A stretch of DNA of 63,608 nucleotides, the filler included, from Octopus bimaculoides (taxonomy: Eukaryota): NCBI RefSeq assembly GCF_001194135.2. It is 4 parts of 4 records of this genome, joined end to end, with 100 filler letters (N's around TTAATTAATTAA, not from the genome) between each part and the next. Parts side by side here need not be neighbours in the genome. Positions count along the whole stretch, not along the records: positions 27,566 to 48,924 come from NC_068981.1; positions 49,025 to 55,133 come from NC_068985.1; 2 more parts are not named here. The stretch is one strand, 5' to 3'. Of the stretch, positions 41,768 through 53,700 are shown in pieces; position 1 is the stretch's first letter, and the number at the start of each line of letters is the position of its first letter. Below the pieces are notes generated by a model. It was not told the origin of the DNA. It ran no database searches and was given only the letters and a program-made list of their open reading frames with translations. A program made the translations under genes and the position numbers.

Positions 41768-42847
41768 CTATTTATAAATGTTCTATAATGTATACAGCCT
41801 TGTTTTTTTTATCTCATTACGAAAAGTAAATCCTTATATTCACACGTTGATATATGACCTACGTTGGACCCCTTATTCGAATAATCACCGAACCTGGAGC
41901 TTAACTATGGTCTATCCATAGAACCTACTCAGCATTACCTGAAACCTCTGGGTCTAATTGACACCACACTCTCTCTGTCTCTCTTTCTTTCTCTTTCTCT
42001 CTCTCTCTCTCTCTCTCTNNNNNNNNNNNNNNNNNNNNNNNNNNNNNNNNNNNNNNNNNNNNNNNNNNNNNNNNNNNNNNNNNNNNNNNNNNNNNNNNNN
42101 NNNNNNNNNNNNNNNNNNNNNNNNNNNNNNNNNNNNNNNNNNNNNNNNNNNNNNNNNNNNNNNNNNNNNNNNNNNNNNNNNNNNNNNNNNNNNNNNNNNN
42201 NNNNNNNNNNNNNNNNNNNNNNNNNNNNNNNNNNNNNNNNNNNNNNNNNNNNNNNNNNNNNNNNNNNNNNNNNNNNNNNNNNNNNNNNNNNNNNNNNNNN
42301 NNNNNNNNNNNNNNNNNNNNNNNNNNNNNNNNNNNNNNNNNNNNNNNNNNNNNNNNNNNNNNNNNNNNNNNNNNNNNNTTCATAGTTCGTTCAGGCATAA
42401 CCTGGTCTGATAGTACTCAATATGTATAAATATATATATATCCATCAGAAAAACCATTAACCGAGTACAGACCGTAATAAAAATTAAATGACAAGAGAAC
42501 CAGAAATTATGCAATGAACTTCATTAATCTACAACTCTTTCTTCTATAAAATGCAATGGACTCCTAATTGGTGACAATGTTTTCCATAGATACTTACGAC
42601 TTTCCCAAGAAAATTGCATATTATTCGTGAAGGGTCGACCATGCTATAGAGTGATACAAAAACACTTAAATTTGTGTGCATTGCATCTTGTGACAGAAAC
42701 AGCCGTAATCTGAAGGAGACATAATATGCTGTTCCTTTTGTTGTTTATTTAATTTCTTACAAACGTGTGTTTCTGAGTGTGCTTGTGTGTGATGTATGTA
42801 ATTTTTCTGTGTGTATGTGTGTATGTATCTTTGCATGNNNNNNNNNN

Positions 42848-42919
<72 letters not shown>

Positions 42920-43447
42920 CTGTGTGCTATGGAACTGCAGCAAGCTTATAAATTGAATAACTTTAGATTGAAAACAACACTTACCACATATGATAACATA
43001 ACTGAAATGATTCAAATTTCGAGAAAACGTACTTATGTGAGAAAATCAACACTTATTGATTCTGATCAGAATATTTCAGACGAATCCGTTTTACTGATCA
43101 CGTTAAATTATACAACATTTATCGATGTAGAATTAATGCCAATATTTTTTTCTTCATCATGCATTCAAATGTGTACTTCCTAATTATGAAATGTTCAGCT
43201 TTCACAAGAAGTCGTTTTCTATGGCTTATCACTGACGCATAGTGTTATATTTATTCGTGCTAATTGATAACGAATAAGCCATCGAAAAAGCAAATTATAT
43301 TCATCAGAATGCCATACATATATTGCTGGACGCATAAAACTATTGATGTGATTCTGTTAGGCAGAACGCCAATTATTTGTAAGAGTGCATTATCATACAA
43401 ATAACTTAAGCAACAAAAGATATGTTATCCCAAGTGACAGAAGACAA

Positions 43448-43483
43448 ATTTAACGTTTCGGGACAGAACCTTTCATCAGAAAT
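43448..43483 (-). ncRNA. Minimal hammerhead-like motif with canonical core (Penelope-like type)
   Basis: ATTT CTGATGA AAGGTTCTGTCCC GAAAC GTT AAAT: intact CUGAUGA/GAAA core, palindromic AACGTT, stem I ATTT/AAAT; stem II weak. Confidence 0.5.
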
Positions 43484-43879
43484 ACAAAAATTAATATTTA
43501 GGATAGTAGGGAGTGCGGTGTATTATAAACAGGAAGAGGTATAGTGATAGTAAACGGGTGTGAGTAAAGGAACATGTCATTGCAACTTCCGGAGATTAAA
43601 AGAAGTTTGCGTATGAGAAGAATTAAAGATAGTGCAAGATTAAAATGACATAGATGTTCACAAATACGCAATGATAAACACGCAAAGATCTATCTATGAT
43701 TATATATGCATTTATGTGTGTGTGTTCGTGCGTGCGTGTGTGTATACATTTATGCATGTGTACACATAAACATATATATATCTTTATATGTATATATACA
43801 TATATACATACACACACATCCATACATACATATATAAATATATATATATATGAATGTATGTATACACACACACACACAT

Positions 43880-43946
<67 letters not shown>

Positions 43947-44838
43947 NNNNNNNNNNNNNNNNNNNNNNNNNNNNNNNNNNNNNNNNNNNNNNNNNNNNNN
44001 NNNNNNNNNNNNNNNNNNNNNNNNNNNNNNNNNNNNNNNNNNNNNNNNNNNNNNNNNNNNNNNNNNNNNNNNNNNNNNNNNNNNNNNNNNNNNNNNNNNN
44101 NNNNNNNNNNNNNNNNTATATATGTTCTTCTAAAAGAAATAAAATGAGAATCTATTCAATTTTCTTCGCCCTACAGCTACCTAGTTACGAATTCTATGAT
44201 CGATCATTCGTAGATGATCTTCGAGGAGCCTGTTAATTTTTAATGTGATGCGCGTGTGTGTCTATCCTGTTCTACGCAATGAATTTTATGCCAGATAATG
44301 TATACGCTATGCATAATATGACAGCATAAATTTTGCCAGACGTACATCATGATTTCGCATATATTTATGAGCATGTGTGAACAAAATCATAATCTATGTG
44401 TTGCAAAATTCATGCTTTTATATTATTAAGTGGTGTATGTATATGTATGTGTGTTTGTCTATGTGTGTATGAAAGTGTGTATATATATACACACAAACTT
44501 GTCAAATAAAATTTTGTGAATGTAGAATCAGCTTCTTCATTTATATAAAACAGAGGGTTTTGGGGGATGTTGCCCGAAAAATACCGACCGATAATTCTTA
44601 GAGACTGACACATCAGTTTCGGCAGTTTCCGTTGCCACCATGATTCAAGCCAGCCCGGTGATCGGGTATTTCCAGACCTGTTTCTCTATTGGTATATGCG
44701 ATTTTGTCATCCAAATTAATTGATGAATTAGCGATTCGTTAATATGTAAACACAAAATTAATGTAAAGAGCCGGTTCCAATGTTTCACCAACAACGAGAA
44801 TTGTAGTGGTGATTAGAAGCGATTAGGGTGTTAGAAAA

Positions 44839-44983
44839 ACACCTACATTACCGCAAATATGAGGTAAAATGCTTTAACGCTGTCGGTCGATATATTTTGG
44901 ACAATTATGATTTATATGTTTACATTCATGTGTTCACTACAGTATTAGAGGATTTTACTTCTTATTTCTAGCAATGTAGGTGT
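44839..44983. mobile_element. Small MITE with ~45-bp inverted termini (ACACCTACATT..)
   Basis: Left acacctacattaccgcaaatatgaggtaaaatgctttaacgctgt versus reverse complement of right acacctacattgctagaaataagaagtaaaatcctctaatactgt. Confidence 0.7.
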
Positions 44984-45065
44984 CTTTTAACACCCCAGTC
45001 ACACACACATACATACCTATATACATTTATATGTATATGTAGATATGTGCATATATATATATGTT

Positions 45066-45134
<69 letters not shown>

Positions 45135-45156
45135 CTGTGTGTGTGTTTGTGTATAA

Positions 45157-45507
45157 TAGTCAGAACACCTACATTGCTAGAAATTAGGGAAGCTCATAAT
45201 TGTTTACATATATGCTCATAGAGACTGCAATCACCTAGAACACTGATCGAGAAATACCTATACGAACGTTTGGTCTTGGCTTTTTCCGTAGCCTCTTGAG
45301 TAAGGACTGCTGGTATCAGATGAAAGAGCGGTCTTTATAGAAGATGCTACGGAAATATCTAAAAGTGAACGTTCGGTATAGGGAGTTCTCGATCGTTGTT
45401 GTGGGCGATTGCCATCCCTATGAACATATATGTATACATTTATGTTCTTTTCTCAGAGCATTAGTATATTCTAGCTCTTCTTTCTAGCAATATGGGTGTT
45501 ATGACTA
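45157..45507. mobile_element. ~350-bp imperfect palindromic MITE sharing termini with 44839-44983
   Basis: Ends tagtcagaacacctacattgctagaaa versus tagtcataacacccatattgctagaaa (reverse complement). Internal arms also pair (catatatgctcatagagactgcaatc, gatcgagaaatacctatacgaacgtt, ttccgtagc) around a ~15-nt loop at ~45312-45327. Confidence 0.75.
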
Positions 45508-45623
45508 CCTTAGTCGAATTTAGTGACAATTACATTTTTCCGTTATGGTAACACATTCCGCATGACGGTTTATAACAATTTTAATACATGCCTAATGTAT
45601 ATATGCATGTGTGAATATGTATA

Positions 45624-45667
<44 letters not shown>

Positions 45668-48600
45668 TGTCTGTCTGTCTGTCTGTCTGTATTCAACTAG
45701 AAAGACGTAAATCGTTTCGAAGGCATGGGAAGAAATTGAATGTATAGTAGAGTTTAACCGATCAAATTCTCGATAATTCCAACTTTATAGAACTAGTAGG
45801 GCTAGAAGGAAAATTCTACTTCAAATTCATTTCATATAAATGATAGTTGTACAAATGTGTATATTTGGAAGTCCAAACGTGATACTCTTTGTAAATTACT
45901 ACATAACCGGTGCCCTGTTTATAATTAAACCATATGTTACATACACATATTATATCATACCTTTATACTGTGTGGACTAAGATCCCCGTCTATAGCTTGT
46001 TAAGTACTTTCTGTATGCAAATTAGGAACTCCTTCATCGGGTAACTGCTGCATTTGTTCAATATATAAATAGTCGATTAAGATTTTTCATTTTCTTTTAG
46101 CAATGCAGAGAAACGGCTGACATTTGCCCGTTTATGATTATACCATGTTACATAATATGAGTGGTATTTGCCTGAACATTATTTTAGAAGAGCAGCAACT
46201 CGTCCTCATAGTCAGAAATTATGTCAACCCCCAACAGTTACTGCAAGGCTCACTTGCGTGATACAACAGAATGCTGCACTCATGCTTCAGGCAGTATTAC
46301 TTCTCTACACACATACATCTGGATATCCAGATTAAAGGCACTCGACGTATTGAAATGCAGTCACTAACGGATACGTTCACTGTTCCTATAGTCTGTCTTT
46401 ATTAGCGCTACTATAATGGGATATTTCTCGGCATTCGACGGTCTTGTACCTCCGAAAATTACAAATCCCTGATGGCCACGTCTTCTCTGACTTGTCCATG
46501 TTAGTGTGTTAAAATCCCCAATGGCCATTATAGCTAGTCCTTTATGAAACTTTACTATAGTTGCTGCCCAGGGAGGACTCCGAATATCATGTGCAATGCC
46601 TCGCCAGTGTCAACAATAAAACAAATGCTGTATAAAACCAATACAACGCCTGCATTCTCTATAATTCTAGATAATAATTAAAGCAAACGAATTATTTTTA
46701 CTCTATTAATATCCTTAAGAAGTACACGAAAGTCTCAATATTAAATTTTCTATACACCTGTACATTCCTAGTAGTGTTTAGAAGACTGGTGACATGTTAT
46801 ACAAGCCCGTTTTCACAGATAAAACTGAAACTGCAATATAACATAGACGTCAAAACATATTCTCTGTTTTACCACTACGAATTTCTACCATAGCAACAAC
46901 AAACATTTCATCCATAAGAGGAATAACTGTGGATAAAAAATAATATTATGCTTATATTTTTATATTTATCATCCTTATCTACACGCAAACACATGCACTT
47001 GTATATGAGGTCTGTCGAATATATATATAGTTTGTATGTGTGTGTGTGTGTGTGTGTATGTGTGTGTGTGTGTGTGTGTGTGCGTATCTATAGACGTCTG
47101 TGTGTGCAATGGGGTTTGCAAGAAATATTCATGTTATCTCACTTTACAAATATAATATGTCTAATATATTTATTAGGTATCATCTGATATTTATAGAACT
47201 AACAAATTTGTTTGTGAAATACGAAAACACCCACACGGTATCGTAATGGAATCATTACTTATCAAATTAATTAAATCTAATTATGATATAGAAATGTCAA
47301 GCGAAATAAAAAGAAATATGGACACATACACGCTCAAAGATGAATAATATATATNNNNNNNNNNNNNNNNNNNNNNNNNNNNNNNNNNNNNNNNNNNNNN
47401 NNNNNNNNNNNNNNNNNNNNNNNNNNNNNNNNNNNNNNNNNNNNNNNNNNNNNNNNNNNNNNNNNNNNNNNNNNNNNNNNNNNNNNNNNNNNNNNNNNNN
47501 NNNNNNNNNNNNNNNNNNNNNNNNNNNNNNNNNNNNNNNNNNNNNNNNNNNNNNNNNNNNNNNNNNNNNNNNNNNNNNNNNNNNNNNNNNNNNNNNNNNN
47601 NNNNNNNNNNNNNNNNNNNNNNNNNNNNNNNNNNNNNNNNNNNNNNNNNNNNNNNNNNNNNNNNNNNNNNNNNNNNNNNNNNNNNNNNNNNNNNNNNNNN
47701 NNNNNNNNNNNNNNNNNNNNNNNNNNNNNNNNNNNNNNNNNNNNNNNNNNNNNNNNNNNNNNNNNNNNNNNNNNNNNNNNNNNNNNNNNNNNNNNNNNNN
47801 NNNNNNNNNNNNNNNNNNNNNNNNNNNNNNNNNNNNNNNNNNNNNNNNNNNNNNNNNNNNNNNNNNNNNNNNNNNNNNNNNNNNNNNNNNNNNNNNNNNN
47901 NNNNNNNNNNNNNNNNNNNNNNNNNNNNNNNNNNNNNNNNNNNNNNNNNNNNNNNNNNNNNNNNNNNNNNNNNNNNNNNNNNNNNNNNNNNNNNNNNNNN
48001 NNNNNNNNNNNNNNNNNNNNNNNNNNNNNNNNNNNNNNNNNNNNNNNNNNNNNNNNNNNNNNNNNNNNNNNNNNNNNNNNNNNNNNNNNNNNNNNNNNNN
48101 NNNNNNNNNNNNNNNNNNNNNNNNNNNNNNNNNNNNNNNNNNNNNNNNNNNNNNNNNNNNNNNNNNNNNNNNNNNNNNNNNNNNNNNNNNNNNNNNNNNN
48201 NNNNNNNNNNNNNNNNNNNNNNNNNNNNNNNNNNNNNNNNNNNNNNNNNNNNNNNNNNNNGGGAGAATAAATATGTGAGATTCAGAGACGATCGACTCAG
48301 AAAGCACGTAATAATGTTTAAATGATTTAAACGTATACTCCGAAATTTTCATGTAGGACTAAAACCGTGATCTTAAGAGTGTCTACAGTAATCTAAAGGC
48401 GTTAACATTGAGGTTGTGATGTAAATAAACAAATAAACAAGCTTGGGTTTAATATATAAAATAGGAATTATATTATTACGAGCGTCCAGCAATAGGTCTT
48501 GGACTTGTAATACTATGCTCTGTCCCTTTAATACTCAGTATGCTTAGTACTCCAGTTAATTCTGTTCTGTAAATATTTGAATACGTATCTATATTCGTAT

Positions 48601-48720
48601 ACACGAATGTTTATCTCCTGAGTATGTTATATATATATGTGTGTGGGTGTGTGTGTGTGTGTATGTGTGTGTGCGCGTGCGTGCGCGCGTGCGTGTGTGT
48701 AAAAGGAACACACGAGTCGA

Positions 48721-48913
48721 TATATATATGGAAAAAAGACAAAGTGGAAAATGTTAAAATACTTTTATAAAAAAACATTTCAGTACCAGCTTCTATTCCT
48801 GAGATCTTTTCAACAGTAAATATGGATAATAAATTTTGGAAAAACCGGTACTCAAATGTTTTTTATAAAAGTATTTTAGCATTTTCTACTTTGTCTTTTT
48901 TTCCATATATATA
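48721..48913. mobile_element. ~190-bp foldback element embedded in (TA)n
   Basis: Left arm ggaaaaaagacaaagtggaaaatgttaaaatacttttataaaaaaacatttcagtacc pairs with right arm ggtactcaaatgttttttataaaagtattttagcattttctactttgtcttttttcc; ~45-nt loop. Confidence 0.85.
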
Positions 48914-48968
48914 TATATATATATNNNNNNNNNNNNNNNNNNNNNNNNNNNNNNNNNNNNNNNNNNNN

Positions 48969-48980
48969 TTAATTAATTAA
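48969..48980. other. Assembly spacer TTAATTAATTAA between two 44-N blocks
   Basis: Same 100-nt construct as at 27510. Confidence 0.95.
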
Positions 48981-49024
48981 NNNNNNNNNNNNNNNNNNNN
49001 NNNNNNNNNNNNNNNNNNNNNNNN

Positions 49025-49094
<70 letters not shown>

Positions 49095-49289
49095 TTTATA
49101 AACTTAATAATAATTATTATTATAAACTTAATAATTATTATTATAAACTTAAGGGGTGTTATCTTAGTTAATTGGTTGTGAACAGCTGACACCGTAGTAC
49201 ATCTGCAGCATTGGAAGCTGTGAAATGACAATATAATACTAATAGTTATAATAATTAAAATTATGATGATTTCAAAATTTGGCAAAAAG

Positions 49290-49480
49290 CTAGTAGTTTC
49301 AGGGTTCGGTTATGTCGGCTACATCGACACCATTGCTCAACTGTTTCGTATTTTTACGACCTCGGAAAACGATGAAATACAATGTAGATCTCCACAGACT
49401 TTGTAGCAGAACGTAAAGACGGGCGAAATTCCGCTAAGCATTCTGCCTGCCTCGCTAACTATTCTGATAACTGGCCACCT
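49290..49480 (-). mobile_element. SINE family B, diverged copy
   Basis: ggctacatcgacacca..gcagaacgtaaagacgggcgaaattccgctaagcatt..gctaactattctg matches the reverse complement of family B. Confidence 0.7.
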
Positions 49481-49483
49481 GAA

Positions 49484-49565
49484 CAATAATAATAATGACG
49501 ATGACGCCGACCAAGACAGCATGGCTACTACGATTACGACGACCACGACAACTACGACGACCACA

Positions 49566-49608
<43 letters not shown>

Positions 49609-49624
49609 CGACGACGACGACGAC

Positions 49625-49654
<30 letters not shown>
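49484..49654. repeat. Compound (AAT)/(GAC)n/(GAT)n trinucleotide repeat
   Basis: Directly visible. Confidence 0.9.
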
Positions 49655-49656
<2 letters not shown>

Positions 49657-49821
49657 CTTTTATTATCTACAGGAGCATTGAATAGGAAATCAGATGGGCT
49701 GGCTAAAATTTGTGTGGGTATTTACATAAAATATAAGGATATCAAAATATCTGTCCAATGTCAATATATATCGTGTCTAAATATCCATTCTCATCATTTC
49801 ATTCTATTATTATTATTATTA

Positions 49822-49870
<49 letters not shown>

Positions 49871-50125
49871 CATTATTATTATTATTATTATTATAGTTGA
49901 CTCAATAATTTCAGACATATCTCCAAAAAGTAATGGAACTAAAAAATATATATTTTTTCAATAATATTTTTTATCTTACACGTTCGTTGAACATTCGTTT
50001 CTCCTGTGCGCTCCAAAAGCACACAGACGAACACACACACACGCGCACACAGGTACTCACGCAGGCTCACACACTCGCACACACACACACATGCACGCAC
50101 ACACACATGCAAACTCATGTACAGG

Positions 50126-50161
<36 letters not shown>

Positions 50162-50529
50162 CACACAAAAGCAATGTCAGTTTATTATGAGCAATTGAGA
50201 AATATCTAAATAATTCATAATTGAATTGTTGAAGTAGTGAACTTTGTTAAAAAAAGATGACAGTAATATGAATTATGTTATAGTATGATGTGATGCTAAA
50301 ATTGAAATTTATCAGACATACTGAGCCAATGTGACGTCTGCCAATTATTCGACACATCGTTTACGTCTGTTATCTTATAGTATATATTTTATCTTAAATA
50401 TCGTATTAGCTATGGTAAGTCGACAGTTTAAGGAAAAAGTGACATTGTCACTTCGATGTGAAAGTAAAAGCCGAAGATTTACGACTGTTACCTTTATATT
50501 TATCTGGGGAAATTGTTGAAGATAGCATG

Positions 50530-50795
50530 AAGACGCGTAGCTCAGTGGTTAGGTCTTTCGGCTCACTTTCGTAGCGTCATTTGTTCTAACCCAATTTATT
50601 TCACAGTGTTCCTGTTTAGTCAGCTGGAAAAAAATGAGTAGTAGCTCTAATTCAAAGAACCAGCTTTGTCACCCTCTGGCTCAGGTTGTATCACTGTGAC
50701 AACGTTAAATGTATGCATGTCTGTGGAGTGTTCAGCCACTTTCGCGTTAATTTCATGACCAAAATGTTCCGTTTGTTCAGCTTGAACACTAGTCA
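50530..50795 (+). mobile_element. SINE family C, old internally deleted copy
   Basis: tRNA-like head gcgtagctcagtggttagg; the 3' part tgtctgtggagtgttcagccactttcgcgttaatttcatga..tgttccgtt matches 16120-16180. Confidence 0.65.
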
Positions 50796-51569
50796 TCAAA
50801 GAGAATGAAGCACGAGTGTTTGAGCTTGTTTAACTTTGAACTTCAATTTGTATAGAAAGCATCTTGAAAGAGATATTTTGGTTTGCCCCCTTTCATATTT
50901 TCTCTGTTCGTCTCTGTTTTCCTTGATAACAAATCTATGTACGCTTCTCTAAATTTCGTTGGAGAAACTTTATTTCGGAGTAAATTTTATTGTACGAAAG
51001 TTTTATCAAATTTACATATTAATGGAAAAAGATGCTTTTATCAAATTTATTGTTATATAAAATCTCAAATAAGTTGGTCATATTAGCATACCACTCATCT
51101 AGTGAAAGAGAAAGTAAGTTCACTTCCGGCTAAATATTTATTTTATTGCATTCAACAGTAAAGATAATAGACTGCTTGCTCATTGACTGAAAGAATAGAT
51201 GTGTCTGTATTATCAATGGAGAATATATGTTATTAACTCTCTCCAGTTTGCGAAAACTCCATTGTCCGTTGTATGATCTATTAGAATGTTGTTAGGTTTG
51301 ATATATTACATTTCGTGAGATATTAGAAATGCATGTAAATATGATGAGAAGAGAAAGTAGATTTAACAGATTTATACCCACAGCAGAAATACCAGGAGCA
51401 AAACCAAATTGCATATCTGTTTTCTGAATTAGAACATTGATGAGAAGATTGTATTAAATGCAGTATGTCGAATTGCAGTTACTGCATTTGAAATGGTTGT
51501 TTGGTACATGATCACATAGATTTATAGATTTTCACAATTGCTTTTGAAGTCATACGATCATAAAAGAAC

Positions 51570-51725
51570 AGGCGTGGCTGTATGGGAAAAAGATTGCTTC
51601 TCAATCATATGATTCCGAGTTGAGTCCTAGTGAACCTTGGGCGAGTCTCTTCTAATATAATGCCGAGCCAACAATAACCTTCTCAGTGGATTAGGTGTAC
51701 CGAAACTGAAGAAGTCGAACGTATA
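51570..51725 (+). mobile_element. SINE family A, 5' half
   Basis: aggcgtggctgtatggga..ccttgggcgagtctcttcta..gtggattaggtgtaccgaaactgaagaag is collinear with 61016-61170. Confidence 0.65.
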
Positions 51726-51734
51726 TACAATGCA

Positions 51735-52150
51735 ATCAGTTTCAGAAGAGGTGGGGTACATCAATTATATTGACCCCAGTGGTTGACTGATACTTATTTT
51801 ATCGATTCGAACAGGATGAAAGGGAAAGGCCACTTCGATGTAATGTGAACTCAGAAACTAAGCGACAGAAGGAATTCTGCAAAGCACTTTTGACCGGCGT
51901 GCTAACGTCTCTGCCAGCTAAACACCTTCGCAGTTGTAATAATACTGGTTTTACATTTTGGTACAACTCCAGTAATTTCGGAGGAGGGAGCAAGTGGATC
52001 ACATCAACCCCAGTACTATACTGGTACGTATTTTATCGATGAAAGACAAATTCGACCGCTACAGAATTTGAACTTATAACGTAAATACGAAGAAATGCCA
52101 CTAAGCACACTTTCTCGTTGCGTTAATGATCCGGCAAAGCTGCAACTATT
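51735..52150 (-). mobile_element. Two tandem diverged SINE family B copies (~51735-51925 and ~51950-52150)
   Basis: Both contain (g/a)accccagt..ttttatcgat..gatgaaag..gaact..; the first ends in cgtgctaacgtctctgccagct. Confidence 0.65.
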
Positions 52151-53301
52151 AATATTATTGGTATTATTGTGTGGCATGAAGTACATTAATAACAAACTAC
52201 CAGAAGAGTAACCTTTACCTGATCAATTAAACTTGAATATTTGCAGCCAAATGTCATTCAAATCAAATGCAACCTTCTTTTAACATCAGAGATGAACGTT
52301 ACAAGATGACCACCCGTGGTACATATTTGATATGTTTGTTTCAAGGACAGTTAATTTGGTTTTAAGCTATCCTCACCACACAAGAAGATAAATAAAACAG
52401 CGCTAAATGTGATGAGAAACAAAACACACTTAACAGTGCGTTTTCAAATTGGTGTGCTTTATGTCTCCCCAATCAGCGAACAATAACAACGATTAAACTT
52501 GTTTCTGATACTCTTCATACAGCCGTTTGATAAATAATGCTGTCATCGTCTCAAGGCTTCACAATTTGAATGTCAGTATGTTGGTATATAATTGATACTA
52601 TATTATATTGTCTTGCGAACAATACATTCTGCAAAATTTATTGTCTTTCACTCTACGAATATCGGAATTCAAATAGCACACGATAAATATTGTCAATAGA
52701 TTTACTTTTCTCTTTAGAGGAATATATGACGGAAGTTGTAGCGCGGTCAATATAATAAGATGGAAGGCTAAAATTGGGAATGCGACAACACAGCTGTGTT
52801 CGCTAAATTTAACGGCTTCAGTTGTTACAACGTGCATTTTGTTCCGTCAGAACAATATAAGTATATATACTCACACAGTCGACTATAGGCTCCACATCCA
52901 AAGCTTGGAATATTCCAAGTCAGGTGATTTATAAGCAATAGCACGCATAGGTTGGTGTTCACTACACCGATTTCAGCCGTGTTCTTTATCGATGAACAAA
53001 AGTGTTACATCGTGCATAAAAAGGAAACTGTCTTCAAATTAATTAAGAGTAGAATTGAACACTTAGCACTCAAAAGAATACAACATTCACAGAATAAAAC
53101 ATAGTGCTAATTGAACATCTCATTTAAGTTGAGCATCCCATCGAGGGTCAACCTACACTATGTTCTATTCCAGAAGCATAGCAATGAAGAAATTCACATT
53201 TGTAATTGGTGATTACACCATACAATATCGAAGATCGTTTCTATTGATCCAGAATATTTAGATACAAAAAAAAGTATAAAGTATCAGTCAATTTTATATA
53301 T

Positions 53302-53640
53302 TCAAAATATATGCTAACACAACGTTATCAAGGCAACCGCAAATGCTATATAACCTATTAATTATAATTGCTTTTCATATTTAATAGATAACTAATTGAA
53401 ACGACGTACAATTTCTATGTATCTAATTGCCGTGACATAGAATTCCTGAGAATATCTTTCATTCTTTCTTTATCTATTAGCGTCAACAAATGTTAAGTAC
53501 TAAACTGGCTTTTCTTAGAATTTATGTTTTCTTAACTTTCTATTTGTATGCGTTTGTCTATTAGATATATTTTCTTAGTTCACTTTGAATTTAACCAATC
53601 TTGCATTGCCTTGACAACGTGGTTTTAGCATACATTTTCA
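53302..53640. mobile_element. Old MITE-like inverted repeat
   Basis: aaaatatatgctaacacaacgttatcaaggcaa (53304-53336) versus reverse complement of 53606-53639, aaaatgtatgctaaaaccacgttgtcaaggcaa. Confidence 0.55.
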
Positions 53641-53700
53641 GATATACTCTTAATTTAAATGGTGTTTCATACCATATTCTCTATGTGGTGTAATTACAAA

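Larger units (their letters stand above)
41376..41838. mobile_element. ~460-bp foldback element with a hammerhead-like motif in each arm (Penelope-like derived)
   Basis: Arms 41376-41601 and 41619-41838 are reverse complements (TATAAGGATTTACTTTTCGTAA..TTACGAAAAGTAAATCCTTATA) around a 17-nt loop; the left end abuts (TA)n. Confidence 0.85.

Noticed and set aside
46340-46620. Minus-strand peptides containing IMAIGDFN (APE-like) and FIVDTG (aspartic-protease-like)
   Set aside because: Isolated short motifs in different frames with no supporting neighbouring motifs; compatible with chance.
50530-50600. tRNA-like sequence
   Set aside because: No acceptor stem or cloverleaf; it continues into SINE family C body sequence. 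No true tRNA, rRNA or CRISPR array was found in the window.
52904-52919. Perfect 16-bp palindrome CTTGGAATATTCCAAG
   Set aside because: About one such palindrome is expected by chance in a window of this size and AT content.
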